DNA from: Haliea sp.
Lineage (GTDB): Bacteria; Pseudomonadota; Gammaproteobacteria; Pseudomonadales; Halieaceae
Length of the DNA: 64,000 nucleotides
NCBI GenBank assembly: GCA_024642265.1
Contig: JAHEBL010000007.1
Location: 5,640-69,639 of the forward strand
Direction: 5' to 3'
A program made the translations under genes and the position numbers. Of this stretch, positions 1-9,221 are shown in pieces. A model generated the notes under the pieces. It was not told where the DNA came from. It saw nothing but the letters and a program-made list of their open reading frames with translations, and ran no database searches. Position 1 is the first letter of the stretch. Each line of letters opens with the position of its first letter.

Positions 1-1
1 G

Positions 2-1030
2 CAAATATGGGAGGCCCTGTCGGCACAGGGCATCAGCAGCGGTATCTGGGGAGCCATGAACGCCTCCCGGGGGAGCGCAGACCTCTGTCGCTTCTTCCTG
101 CCGGATCCATGGACCTTTTCTGAAAAAGCGTATCCCGAAGAACTGAACAGGCTGCTTGCGCTGCCGCGCTACTACGCAACCAATTATCTGGATGTCAGCC
201 CTGGCCGGGTTTTAAAGGCACTTGCCAGCCTCGCGGTATTTCTGGTGTGCAAGCCCGCCTTGCTGCTGCGTCTGTTGGCCATCACACCATTGGCGCTGCG
301 GGGTATCCTGCAGTCGGGGCTGAAAAACCATCTGTTGTTTTCCCTGTTCGACCTGGTTTCCGTCACTATTTTTCTCCACTACAAGAAACGATTCGAGCCC
401 GACTTCTCACTGGTGTTTATCAATAGTATCGCCCACATGCAGCACAACATCTGGTGTGAGGAGGGTACCCTCGACCCGCAATGCCTTTATGCCCTGCAGG
501 TGATAGACAATGTGCTGGGGAAACTTTACGCGGAGGGCAGCGAACTGCTGGTAGTCAATGCCCTGACCCAGAGGAATATCGCGAACAAAAAACGCGCCAT
601 CGTCTATCGACAGATCAGCCCAGCCAGGTTTGTGGCATCTCTCGGCCTGCCCTTCAGGTCGGTTGAACAGTTGATGACCAACGACGCGCATATTTTTTTC
701 AACTCGCCAGCCGATGCGACCAGGGCCCGGGATATGCTGGCAGGCGCCACTATCCAGGGTAAAAAACTGTTTGATGTCGATTACAGCGAGTCCACGCCCG
801 AAAAGGTATTTTACCAGCTGGACTACTGGGATGAGGTGCCTGCCGATGCAACAATCTGCCTTGGTGAGCAGTCCCTGCTGTTTTATGAGTATTTCGAAAA
901 GCTCGTCGAGCGCACCGGCGAGCACCTGCCGCGGGGGGACGTGTATTCGAGCGCTTCAGCGTTGCCCGACAATATCCCAAACCACCAGATCTACGACTAC
1001 ATAATGGGCTTCTATGCACAGGCCTCCTGA
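2..1030 (+). CDS. Hypothetical protein, C-terminal part; the gene begins upstream of the window. Possibly an alkaline-phosphatase/phosphodiesterase-fold enzyme (tentative).
   Basis: The frame of ORF 56..1030 stays open back to nt 2 (QIWEALSAQGISSGIWGAMNASRG...). It is on the same strand as the GT2 gene and ends 68 nt upstream of it. Segments such as FINSIAHMQHN and TGEHLPRGD weakly resemble metal-ligand motifs of the AP superfamily; I cannot verify this here. Confidence 0.45.
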   Translation, partial: QIWEALSAQGISSGIWGAMNASRGSADLCRFFLPDPWTFSEKAYPEELNRLLALPRYYATNYLDVSPGRVLKALASLAVFLVCKPALLLRLLAITPLALRGILQSGLKNHLLFSLFDLVSVTIFLHYKKRFEPDFSLVFINSIAHMQHNIWCEEGTLDPQCLYALQVIDNVLGKLYAEGSELLVVNALTQRNIANKKRAIVYRQISPARFVASLGLPFRSVEQLMTNDAHIFFNSPADATRARDMLAGATIQGKKLFDVDYSESTPEKVFYQLDYWDEVPADATICLGEQSLLFYEYFEKLVERTGEHLPRGDVYSSASALPDNIPNHQIYDYIMGFYAQAS

Positions 1031-1098
1031 CAGCATGACGCAGCCCCGCCGCGGGATTCGGGTAAACTTTCTGCACAGCCACCGACAGGGCGAGTATT

Positions 1099-2091
1099 TT
1101 GCGTAAAGTCATTCCTCCCAATGTGTTCCATATCGCGGTGGTGATTCCCTGTTTCCGGGTCAGGGATCAGATAGCGCAACTGGTCGCACAAATCGGTCCT
1201 GAAGTGGATTCCATTTTTGTTATCGACGACAAGTGCCCGCAGGGCAGCGGCGAGTATCTTTCCTCTGTCGCTGCAGATCCGCGCGTGAAGGTTATAAGCC
1301 ACGCGGTGAATCAGGGTGTGGGTGGGGCCGTGGTCACGGGTATCCGCGCTGCTCTCGACAGCGGCGCGGATATCATCGTAAAGCTCGACGGTGATGGCCA
1401 GTACGACCCGGCACTCATTCCCGTGCTGGTCAGCCCGATCGTCGACGGTCTGGCTGACTGCGCCAAGGGCAATCGCTTTTTTCGCCTGGAAAACCTCGCC
1501 CAGATGCCGGTCTCCCGTATCGCCGGTAATGCGGCACTGTCCTTTGTCAATAAACTGTCATCCGGCTACTGGGATATTATGGATCCGACCAACGGGCTGG
1601 TCGCCATCCACGCGAACATACTGCGACAGATTCCCCTGGATAAACTGGATCGGCGGTATTTCTTTGAGAGCGATATGCTGTTCAGGCTCGGCACCGTGAG
1701 AGCCGTGATCCGCGATATACCCCTGCAGGCTTTTTACGGGGAGGAGCACAGCAGCCTGAGTATCCTTGATACCCTGGTAAGCTTCCCCACGAAATACCTG
1801 AACAGACTGTTCAAGCGACTGTTCTACAGCTACTTTCTGCGCGATTTCAACATGGGCTCGGTGAGTCTGATCGTCTCTTCAATTCTGGTGACCTCGGGAT
1901 CGATCTACGGCATGACGAAATGGCTGGCGAGTATAGAAACCGGCGTGCCCGCCACGGCCGGCATGGTAATGATCAGTGGTATCCAACTGCTGGTTGGCCT
2001 GAACTTCCTCATCTCGTTTATCAATTACGACATCGGCAATATACCCCGGCAAGTCCAGCACCGGCTGCTGCCGGAGGTCGGGCATGCATAG
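1099..2091 (+). CDS. Family-2 glycosyltransferase, polyprenyl-phosphate sugar synthase type (GtrB/CsbB/DPM1-like)
   Basis: GT-A signatures VVIPCF, VIDDKCPQGSG and KLDGDGQYDP, followed by two hydrophobic C-terminal helices (SLIVSSILVTSGSIYG; MVMISGIQLLVGLNFLISFI). The ORF-track start is TTG, so the exact start is uncertain. Confidence 0.8.
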   Translation: MRKVIPPNVFHIAVVIPCFRVRDQIAQLVAQIGPEVDSIFVIDDKCPQGSGEYLSSVAADPRVKVISHAVNQGVGGAVVTGIRAALDSGADIIVKLDGDGQYDPALIPVLVSPIVDGLADCAKGNRFFRLENLAQMPVSRIAGNAALSFVNKLSSGYWDIMDPTNGLVAIHANILRQIPLDKLDRRYFFESDMLFRLGTVRAVIRDIPLQAFYGEEHSSLSILDTLVSFPTKYLNRLFKRLFYSYFLRDFNMGSVSLIVSSILVTSGSIYGMTKWLASIETGVPATAGMVMISGIQLLVGLNFLISFINYDIGNIPRQVQHRLLPEVGHA

Positions 2092-2118
2092 TGCAGTGCG
2101 GCGTCTCCCGTTAGCACC

Positions 2119-4485
2119 ATGCCAGTAAACCGGCTGCTGTATCGATGGGCGCCGTTGCTGCTCATCCTGGTGATGTCTGCGGTATTTTACTACCCGGTCC
2201 TGTTTCAGCATAAAACCCAGATCCACGCCGAAGGTGTGTCCCTGGGCGTGGCTCTTATGCACATGCTGTCTTCGGCCCTGCACGGCCAGGACAGTATGTT
2301 GTGGACCACCGCAATCTATGGTGGCCACCCCGTGTTCGCCGAAGGCCAGGGTGGTTTTGCAAATCCCCTGCACCTGTTGTTCGCCTGGCTGCTGCCCGCT
2401 GTGCCCGCGTACAACATTCACCAGTGGTTCAGTATGCTGGTCAGCGGAATTGGCGCCTACGGCATGTGTCGCTCAGCCAGCTGCGGGCGTGCGGCTTCCA
2501 CCTTCGCGGCACTCGCGCTTATTTTCAGCACGCTGTGGATAGGCGGCAGGAGCAATCTGGCGGTGGGTAGCACCATGGCCTGGATTCCCTGGGTGTTCTG
2601 GGCGATGAACCGCTGGTACCGGCGCGCGGACCTCACGGCCGCGTGTTTTTTCGGTGCGACAATGGCGCTGATGGTGTTGTCGGGTTATCCGCAGCTGGTT
2701 CACGGTGTGCTGATATACCTGACGGTCTATCTTGCCGTCCAGCTGTGTTCCAGGCAGGAACGCGAGTGGCTGTGGCGCCGCTTTACCCCCATGAGCGTGA
2801 CGCTCCTGCTTGCCATCCTGTTCTGTGTTGGCCTGTCCGCCGTGCAGTGGCTGCCTTTGCTGGAGTTGGCAGGAGCATCCCATAGAAGTGGTGGCATATC
2901 CATTGGCGGCCTGGATGGCGCACCTGTGGTGACGTTCCTGCGTGGATTTCTCTACACCCTGCCTGATCCGGATGGCTTACCCGGCCAGGCCGCCGGTGGT
3001 GGGCTCGTGTATTTCGCAGCAACGGGCAGCCTGCTGGTATGCATGGTATCCAGCGCAACGCTGCTGTTGCGGCGCAGTATGCTTGTCAACGGTCATATCG
3101 TCGCCACTGTGTGCCTGGTGATGCTGGGCTTTGGCGACAGGGGAAGCCCGCTTTTCCAGCTGCTTTACGATTACCACCTTATCCCCGGTCTCCACAGCTT
3201 CCGGGTGACGTTTGTCTACCTTTATGTCGCGCTGGTTGGCGTTGCCCTGCTCGGCGCACTGGCCCTGGAGTCCCTGGCCAGAGTGGGATCATCGGCCTCG
3301 CTACAGACCCCGGGACGGTCCGTTGAATTCCGGACCCACACGCTGTTGGCTGTCGCGGCCTGGGCCTGCGTCTGGGCAGTCATTGCCTGGTACCTGCATG
3401 TGGATGCCGTCCCGGTCGCGCAGTATTACCTTGCGATCACCTGGCTGGGATGTATCGGTCTCGCACTTGTCGCAGGTAAGCAGAGAGTGCTGCCGGGCGT
3501 CGCAGTGTTGCTGCTGTGCGTTGAAATTCTTGCCCTCAGGATGGATCCTTTCAATTTCGGTAATGCGGACATGATTGAAAAACCGCAATCTGTCATCAGC
3601 CTTGAGCAGCGAGGCGATTTGCGGGATTTCAAATTTGCCGACCGCAACTGGGCCAATACCTATTCGCTCTATCCGCCCAGGTCGAGCAAGGTAGCTCGCG
3701 GCCTGGCAAAGATGCTGGAATCGGTGACACCCGCCGCAAACGCGCTCTGGGGCGTTTCCTCCCTGACGGGAAATACCGCTCTTGATCTGCACAGGCGCCG
3801 CCTCGCAGACCCGCTGATCGAGGAAGAGCTCAGGAGCGGCAACCAGCGGATACCGGGCTTGCGATTGATTGACTTTGCCTCGCTGAAGTATCTTTCGGTC
3901 GGCGGGCCTTTTGCGCAGCCGGGCTTTGAAGTGGTGTATCGAAACGATGATCTGAAGGTGAAAATCGTCGAGAACGCCCATGTTTATCCCAGGTTCCAGT
4001 TTTTCGGCGATGCGATTTTTGTTGCCGATGTGGAAGAGGCTGTGGCCGCAATAGCCGGCCTGGATCGCCGGGCCCTGGTGCTTGAATCGGACCCGGACCT
4101 GCCGGTACCGGGCCGTGTCGTCGCAGCCGCAGGCCAGGACGAACCCGGCTTTGAGCTTTTGACAGACAGTTCCGGTCTGTATGAGTTCGAACTCTATACT
4201 CCGAACCCGGTCTGGTTCTTCGTTGCAGATGCCAACTATCCGGGTTGGCACGCCTATATCGATGGGCGCGAAACAACGGTTTACAGTGCGCAGCTGCTGG
4301 GCAAGGCAGTATATGTACCTGCAGGCAAGCACCGCCTGAAACTTGTCTTCGAATCCGCCAGCTTCCGGTGGGGACTGGCAGTTACACTACTGAGCCTGTG
4401 CGCGATGCTGGTGTCACTGCTGAAGCGTCGTGAGAGCGAGCCTGCAGTAAGGCCCGGTTCCCCGCTTACTCCGCCCGCCACTTGA
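2119..4485 (+). CDS. Large polytopic membrane protein, YfhO-like (GT-C type glycosyltransferase candidate)
   Basis: About 480 residues of repeated hydrophobic helices, then a soluble C-terminal domain ending in ADANYPGWHAYIDGRETTVYSAQLLGKAVYVPAGKHRLKLVFE plus a terminal TM helix, as in YfhO-family proteins. It starts 27 nt after the GT2 gene. Confidence 0.7.
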   Translation: MPVNRLLYRWAPLLLILVMSAVFYYPVLFQHKTQIHAEGVSLGVALMHMLSSALHGQDSMLWTTAIYGGHPVFAEGQGGFANPLHLLFAWLLPAVPAYNIHQWFSMLVSGIGAYGMCRSASCGRAASTFAALALIFSTLWIGGRSNLAVGSTMAWIPWVFWAMNRWYRRADLTAACFFGATMALMVLSGYPQLVHGVLIYLTVYLAVQLCSRQEREWLWRRFTPMSVTLLLAILFCVGLSAVQWLPLLELAGASHRSGGISIGGLDGAPVVTFLRGFLYTLPDPDGLPGQAAGGGLVYFAATGSLLVCMVSSATLLLRRSMLVNGHIVATVCLVMLGFGDRGSPLFQLLYDYHLIPGLHSFRVTFVYLYVALVGVALLGALALESLARVGSSASLQTPGRSVEFRTHTLLAVAAWACVWAVIAWYLHVDAVPVAQYYLAITWLGCIGLALVAGKQRVLPGVAVLLLCVEILALRMDPFNFGNADMIEKPQSVISLEQRGDLRDFKFADRNWANTYSLYPPRSSKVARGLAKMLESVTPAANALWGVSSLTGNTALDLHRRRLADPLIEEELRSGNQRIPGLRLIDFASLKYLSVGGPFAQPGFEVVYRNDDLKVKIVENAHVYPRFQFFGDAIFVADVEEAVAAIAGLDRRALVLESDPDLPVPGRVVAAAGQDEPGFELLTDSSGLYEFELYTPNPVWFFVADANYPGWHAYIDGRETTVYSAQLLGKAVYVPAGKHRLKLVFESASFRWGLAVTLLSLCAMLVSLLKRRESEPAVRPGSPLTPPAT

Positions 4486-4492
4486 GTATGCT

Positions 4493-5653
4493 ATGAAAAA
4501 ACGTATCGACGATATCGAGATCCTGCGTGCATTTGCCGTGCTGCTGGTCATTGTCGAGCATATGCAGATCAACCTGTTCAGCTGGGGTACGCCGGCCCTG
4601 AAGTTTTTTTACCAGCATTTCAGCGGCTGGAGCGGTGTGGACCTGTTTTTTGTTATTTCCGGCTATGTCATTGCCAGGGACTTTGTGCCCAGGTTGCAGG
4701 CCACGGAATCGAGGCGGGAATACTTTCGCGCCACCTTCGTTTTCTGGATCCGTCGGTTCTGGCGGCTGATTCCGTCCGCATGGACATGGCTGCTGGTGAT
4801 TCTGCTTGCCTCGATATTCTTTAACAGTTCAGGGGTATGGGGCAGCTTTGCGGCCAATGCCAAAACCGTGCTGTCGGCTTTCCTGCAGCTCGCAAATTTT
4901 TACGGTGCTTCGATCTATGGCCAGTCTTTTCCCGGCGCGGCTTTTGTCTACTGGAGTCTTTCACTGGAAGAGCAGTTCTACATCGTCCTGCCCTTCCTGG
5001 TCCTGTTCAGTGGGAAAAGGCTGCCGCTGGTGCTTTGCCTGATTGTCATCCCGCAGCTGTTTATGCACAGGGATACGCCGCTGCTGGCCCTGACCCGCAC
5101 CGACGCGCTGTTCCTGGGCGTACTGATAGCCATCTGGTCCCGCTCGGTGTCCTATCTGCGCTTTCAGCCCCGCTTTCTTCGCCACCCCCTGCTGGCCGCC
5201 GGCTTTATGGCGGTGGCGCTGCTTGTGCTTGGAATAGGTGGCTCGGAGATGCTGCCAATCAAGGACTATCGCTATGGCATCATAAGCTGTGTCTCAGGCC
5301 TGCTGGTGCTGGCGGCGTCCTTTGACCAGGACTACTTCAGCCGTCCGGCATGGCTGAAGGCGCCCTTGCTCTGGGTGGGTACCCGTTCCTACGCTCTGTA
5401 CCTGATCCACATGCCCAGCTACTTCCTCACCAGGGAGATCTGGTTCCGGCTAGCGCCCGAGGGCACCCGCTTCAACACTGGTTACACTTACTACTTTCTC
5501 GGCACGGCTGTGGTGTTGCTGATCGTGTTGAGCGAGCTGAATTTTCGGCTGATAGAAACACCCCTGCGCAAACGTGGCGTCGAGATAGCGCGCAAGTTCA
5601 GTGCCAGGTCGGCCGCCACGGGTCGCGACAGCGAGGCCGGGGGAACAAGCTGA
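4493..5653 (+). CDS. Acyltransferase family 3 (OafA/WecH-like O-acyltransferase) membrane protein
   Basis: N-terminus DIEILRAFAVLLVIVEHM, then VDLFFVISGYVI and about 10 hydrophobic segments typical of Acyl_transf_3. The gap to the upstream gene is 7 nt. Confidence 0.8.
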   Translation: MKKRIDDIEILRAFAVLLVIVEHMQINLFSWGTPALKFFYQHFSGWSGVDLFFVISGYVIARDFVPRLQATESRREYFRATFVFWIRRFWRLIPSAWTWLLVILLASIFFNSSGVWGSFAANAKTVLSAFLQLANFYGASIYGQSFPGAAFVYWSLSLEEQFYIVLPFLVLFSGKRLPLVLCLIVIPQLFMHRDTPLLALTRTDALFLGVLIAIWSRSVSYLRFQPRFLRHPLLAAGFMAVALLVLGIGGSEMLPIKDYRYGIISCVSGLLVLAASFDQDYFSRPAWLKAPLLWVGTRSYALYLIHMPSYFLTREIWFRLAPEGTRFNTGYTYYFLGTAVVLLIVLSELNFRLIETPLRKRGVEIARKFSARSAATGRDSEAGGTS

Positions 5654-5774
5654 ACCGGGCCGCCGGCCATCGCGATCCGTTGTATCACCTGCGCCTTTGC
5701 AGGGCAGGTTTTCTTCCGGGGCCTGTTTTATGCGATCATTCCGCCGGCAGTACCAATCAGGGGTTGAGTGAAGA

Positions 5775-6554
5775 ATGAGCGAACAGACCAGGCCGCGAGC
5801 CGCTGATGTCGGTTTGGCAGACCGGCGCCTCGATGGCTGGTTGAACGGCGCGACCGGTGAAATAACCCGGGGTGTGCGCGTTGCCGCAACCGACACGGTA
5901 ATTGATGTGGGTTGCGGCGACGGGGCCTTTGTCCATTTCTGTGCGAGGCAGGGCGCCGAGGTCTATTTCATCGACAGGGACGAGGCGAGGCTGGCCAGGA
6001 CGAGCGCCAAGATCGCGTCGTCGCCTGCCCGCGGGTACCGGGCAATACTGTCGGATTGCGACCCCATTCCGCTGGATGACGGGATCGGTGACCTGGTGAT
6101 ATGCACGGAGGTGCTGGAGCATGTGCCCGACCCCCGCAAATTCCTCGGCGAACTGATGCGGATTACCCGGCCTGGTGGGCAGTTACTGATCACGGTTCCG
6201 GATTCCCGCTCGGAACAATTTGTCGCGGTCTCGGCCCCCCCGCAGTATTTTCAGGAGCCGAACCATATCCGGATTTTCAGCAAGGAAGACTTCCGGGACC
6301 TGGTGCTCGGCGCCGGTTTGGATATTGAGAGTCACCAGTTCATGGGCTGTTTCTGGAGCGTGTACTGGCCACTGGCGTGGCTGACCTGTGAGCCCGATGC
6401 CGGCTTGCCTCTGGACAACCAGCACCCGATCACGGACCACTGGACCAGGCTGTGGCAGGAGATCCAGCGCCATCCACAGGGCTACAAAATCAGGGAGAGC
6501 CTCAATGAGTTACTGCCAAAGGCACAATCCATTGTCGCCCGTAAACCCAAGTGA
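5775..6554 (+). CDS. Class I SAM-dependent methyltransferase
   Basis: SAM motif I VIDVGCGDGAF, acidic loop YFIDRD, and the post-I/II segment DLVICTEVLEHVPDP...RPGGQLLITVP. Confidence 0.8.
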   Translation: MSEQTRPRAADVGLADRRLDGWLNGATGEITRGVRVAATDTVIDVGCGDGAFVHFCARQGAEVYFIDRDEARLARTSAKIASSPARGYRAILSDCDPIPLDDGIGDLVICTEVLEHVPDPRKFLGELMRITRPGGQLLITVPDSRSEQFVAVSAPPQYFQEPNHIRIFSKEDFRDLVLGAGLDIESHQFMGCFWSVYWPLAWLTCEPDAGLPLDNQHPITDHWTRLWQEIQRHPQGYKIRESLNELLPKAQSIVARKPK

Positions 6555-6569
6555 GTGATCTGCTGAACC

Positions 6570-7415
6570 ATGGTTAAAATCGATTTTCTGGTGCCCGGCT
6601 TCAGCAAGTGTGGAACCACGACGCTCTGCGCGCTGCTGGCCCAGCATCCGCAGATCTATATTCCGGAGCTCAAGGAGCCCTGGTATTTCAGTTCCAATGA
6701 CTTCCCCCGCCGCCAGGCCGATTATATCCAGCATTTTTCGCCGGCCCTGCCGGGGCAGTTGCTGGGTGAGGGCAGCGTGAGCTACAGCGGTCACGAGAAG
6801 GAGGATGTCTCGGTCGAGCGGATCAGGGAGAACAATCCCGACTGCCGCTTTATTTTTATCGCCAGGCATCCGCTGCGCAGGATCGAATCAAGCTATCGGG
6901 AAATGCACCACAGTGGCGTGAAGTTCGGCCTCAATGCGCCCTACAGCCTTGCCGATAACCTGGAACTCTTCCCGCAGATGATCAAGGACTCCCTGTTTTT
7001 TGAACGCATTTCCAAGTATGTCGATGCCTTTGGCAGCGAGTCCATTCTCGTTCTGTTTCTTGAGGATGTGACACGCCAACCCCAACAGGAACTGGCCAGG
7101 TGCTTCCGCCATCTCGGTGTGGATCCGGACTTCCAGATAGTGCAGGCGCTGCGCCTCAACGAGGGCAGTTCGAAGTTATACGATACGCGCATCCTGCGTT
7201 ATATCCGCAGCAAGCCCTGGTCGGGTTTCAAGCTGGCCAAACTGGACCCGGAACAGCAGGACCGGTTGCTGCGGCCCTTGGGACTGCGCAGGCCATTCAA
7301 GGCGCCGGTGCAGTGGGATGCCAGGTCCATGGCCATGGTGCGCGAGAGCGTGCTGCCCGATGCGCGGAAATTTCTTGCCGCCTACGGCAAACCACCTGAT
7401 TTCTGGCAGTTTTAA
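6570..7415 (+). CDS. PAPS-dependent sulfotransferase (Sulfotransfer_1/3-like)
   Basis: 5'-PSB loop FLVPGFSKCGTTTL and 3'-PB motif IARHPLRRIESSY. The gap to the methyltransferase gene is 15 nt. Confidence 0.75.
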   Translation: MVKIDFLVPGFSKCGTTTLCALLAQHPQIYIPELKEPWYFSSNDFPRRQADYIQHFSPALPGQLLGEGSVSYSGHEKEDVSVERIRENNPDCRFIFIARHPLRRIESSYREMHHSGVKFGLNAPYSLADNLELFPQMIKDSLFFERISKYVDAFGSESILVLFLEDVTRQPQQELARCFRHLGVDPDFQIVQALRLNEGSSKLYDTRILRYIRSKPWSGFKLAKLDPEQQDRLLRPLGLRRPFKAPVQWDARSMAMVRESVLPDARKFLAAYGKPPDFWQF

Positions 7416-8671
7416 CCGGCTGCCTTGTAAAACTCAAAGTCCTCCCGGTAGTACTGCCGGATGGCGTCGGCGTGCGGCGTCGTCATGAACGATTCCGGAT
7501 CAAACGCTTCCCTGTCGTCAAATTCACAGGCCCTGAAGCTGCTCGCCTGCGGCAAGCGCAGTGCCGATTTGCCGGTTTTGTTTTCGTGGCCCAGCTTTAC
7601 CGTGATGCCCAGTTTCTGCAGCAGGTCCTGCTCCAGTTCGGCAATCTGTTCCAGCCGGTAGATGTGACTGATATGGGGCACGCCGCGAAAATACAGGTGT
7701 TGCGGTCGCCAGTGCGCATCCAGGTCGTAGGCATCCTGGCCCAGGATATATTCCATGAACTGGTCGAAGCTGATGCCCTGTTGCAGGTCGATATCCGCGG
7801 TTCCCTGAACATGGCTGATCACCGGGCGTGTGTGCATCAGGTTGCGCTGGCTGTGCCGTTTGTAGACGAATTTCTCCAGGTAGGCGCTGACCAGGCGCTC
7901 GAACGGGTCCCGGATCACGCTGAACTTGAAATACTGGTCTGAGGCCAGGATGCTGCGCGCCTCGTCTATCGGTTTGTCCTTGAGCTGTACACCGGTATTG
8001 AAGCGGTCGGTGACGAAATGGACGCCCAGTTCGAGGGCGATCGCTGCCCGGTCCACGCCCGCGAGTTCCACCATCATTGATTTCAGGCTTGTGCAGGCGC
8101 ACTTGGCAACCGGGATGTACATCAGTTTGTGGCGCTCCGACACCATGATGGTGCCGTAGGGCCAGCGCATACCGTTGCCCTGGCGCTGCGGCCATATCTG
8201 GCTGGCGGCGGCAAGGCGTGACTCCGCCTCGGTCAGTCCCTCGGGTTTCTCCAGTGTCACCATTTTCGCGTGTGCTGGGTGCAGGCTGTCGACCCAGTAC
8301 TGGCCCTCCACAAGCAGGCTGATGCGGATTGCAACGGCAGTTTCCAGCGCTGCGCCGGGAATGATCACGGTGATTTTCTGCTGGTGACGGGCGCCTGGCG
8401 CAACGGCGCCGGTCAGTGCTGTGCGGACCCCCTCCAATTCGAGCAATGCGCCATGTGCATCGAGCATCCTGTAGGACAGCACCAGCCCGCTGCAACTGGC
8501 GGGGTCCAGCGGCTGGTTCGAGCCGTTGGTGAGTGTCACATCCAGGTGGCCGCGCTTCTGCGCGCCATACAGGGCGAGAGTATCCGGTGCATCGAGGGTG
8601 ACTGTCCGCCAGGTCTCGGGCGCAATGGCATGGCTGGCCGGGTCAGGGCTATCGGCGGCTGTTGTATTCAA
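7412..8671 (-). CDS. Sulfotransferase family 2 (carbohydrate-sulfotransferase-like) protein with an N-terminal extension of about 170 aa and unknown function
   Basis: YIPVAKCACTSLKSMM matches the Sulfotransfer_2 PAPS-binding signature, followed by FSVIRDPFERLVSAY. The first ~170 residues have no motif I recognise. Confidence 0.65.
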   Translation of the reverse strand: MNTTAADSPDPASHAIAPETWRTVTLDAPDTLALYGAQKRGHLDVTLTNGSNQPLDPASCSGLVLSYRMLDAHGALLELEGVRTALTGAVAPGARHQQKITVIIPGAALETAVAIRISLLVEGQYWVDSLHPAHAKMVTLEKPEGLTEAESRLAAASQIWPQRQGNGMRWPYGTIMVSERHKLMYIPVAKCACTSLKSMMVELAGVDRAAIALELGVHFVTDRFNTGVQLKDKPIDEARSILASDQYFKFSVIRDPFERLVSAYLEKFVYKRHSQRNLMHTRPVISHVQGTADIDLQQGISFDQFMEYILGQDAYDLDAHWRPQHLYFRGVPHISHIYRLEQIAELEQDLLQKLGITVKLGHENKTGKSALRLPQASSFRACEFDDREAFDPESFMTTPHADAIRQYYREDFEFYKAAG

Positions 8672-8750
8672 TATGCTGTACCTGCAAGCGTTGGCAATGT
8701 ATGGGAAGAGACCCCCGGTCGCTCGTTCCGGTGGCGGCTTACTGCTGCTT

Positions 8751-9074
8751 TCACTCGGGATGCCACCGGAACTGCCGCAGGCTCACCGTGGCAGCTGACC
8801 GAAAACAGACGCCCTCACTTGCCAGCCTTTCACGCTGGCGGTCCCGGGCGGCGCTGCCTCCCGGGACAACCAGCTTGCCCTGGGCGTTGATGACCCGGTG
8901 CCAGGGGATGCCGGTGTCCTCCGGCAGCCCCCGCAGTGCTCTGCCTACGCGCCTGGCGGCGCCAGGCAGGCCCGCATACCGGGCCACGTCACCGTAGGTG
9001 GCTACCCGGCCCGCCGGTATCAGCATTACCACCTGCCAGATCCGCTGGTCGATGTCCTTATTTGTGCGGTTCAT
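8751..9074 (-). CDS. MGMT-family (methylated-DNA--protein-cysteine methyltransferase DNA-binding domain) protein, YbaZ-like
   Basis: IPAGRVATYGDVARYAGLPGAARRVGRAL...IPWHRVINAQG. The active-site PCHRV is replaced by PWHRV, as in the non-catalytic ATL/YbaZ group. Confidence 0.75.
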   Translation of the reverse strand: MNRTNKDIDQRIWQVVMLIPAGRVATYGDVARYAGLPGAARRVGRALRGLPEDTGIPWHRVINAQGKLVVPGGSAARDRQRERLASEGVCFRSAATVSLRQFRWHPE

Positions 9075-9170
9075 TGCAATCCGGGCGCAACTGCCCTGGC
9101 GAAGTTTGGGGCGAGTCTACCACCGGGGCAGTGGCAGTCAAAGCCGGCCCGCAAAGATCCGCCCACTGCG

Positions 9171-9198
9171 CTTGTAAATTGATCCCTTGCCCCCATAC
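9171..9198 (+). promoter_or_regulatory. Candidate sigma32-type promoter upstream of fxsA
   Basis: CTTGTAA (9171-9177), a 13-nt spacer, then CCCCATAC (9191-9198), compared with the consensus CTTGAAA-N13/14-CCCCATNT. It lies 24 nt upstream of the fxsA ATG. Confidence 0.4.
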
Positions 9199-9221
9199 TT
9201 TGACGGAGGGAGATTCCTGTT

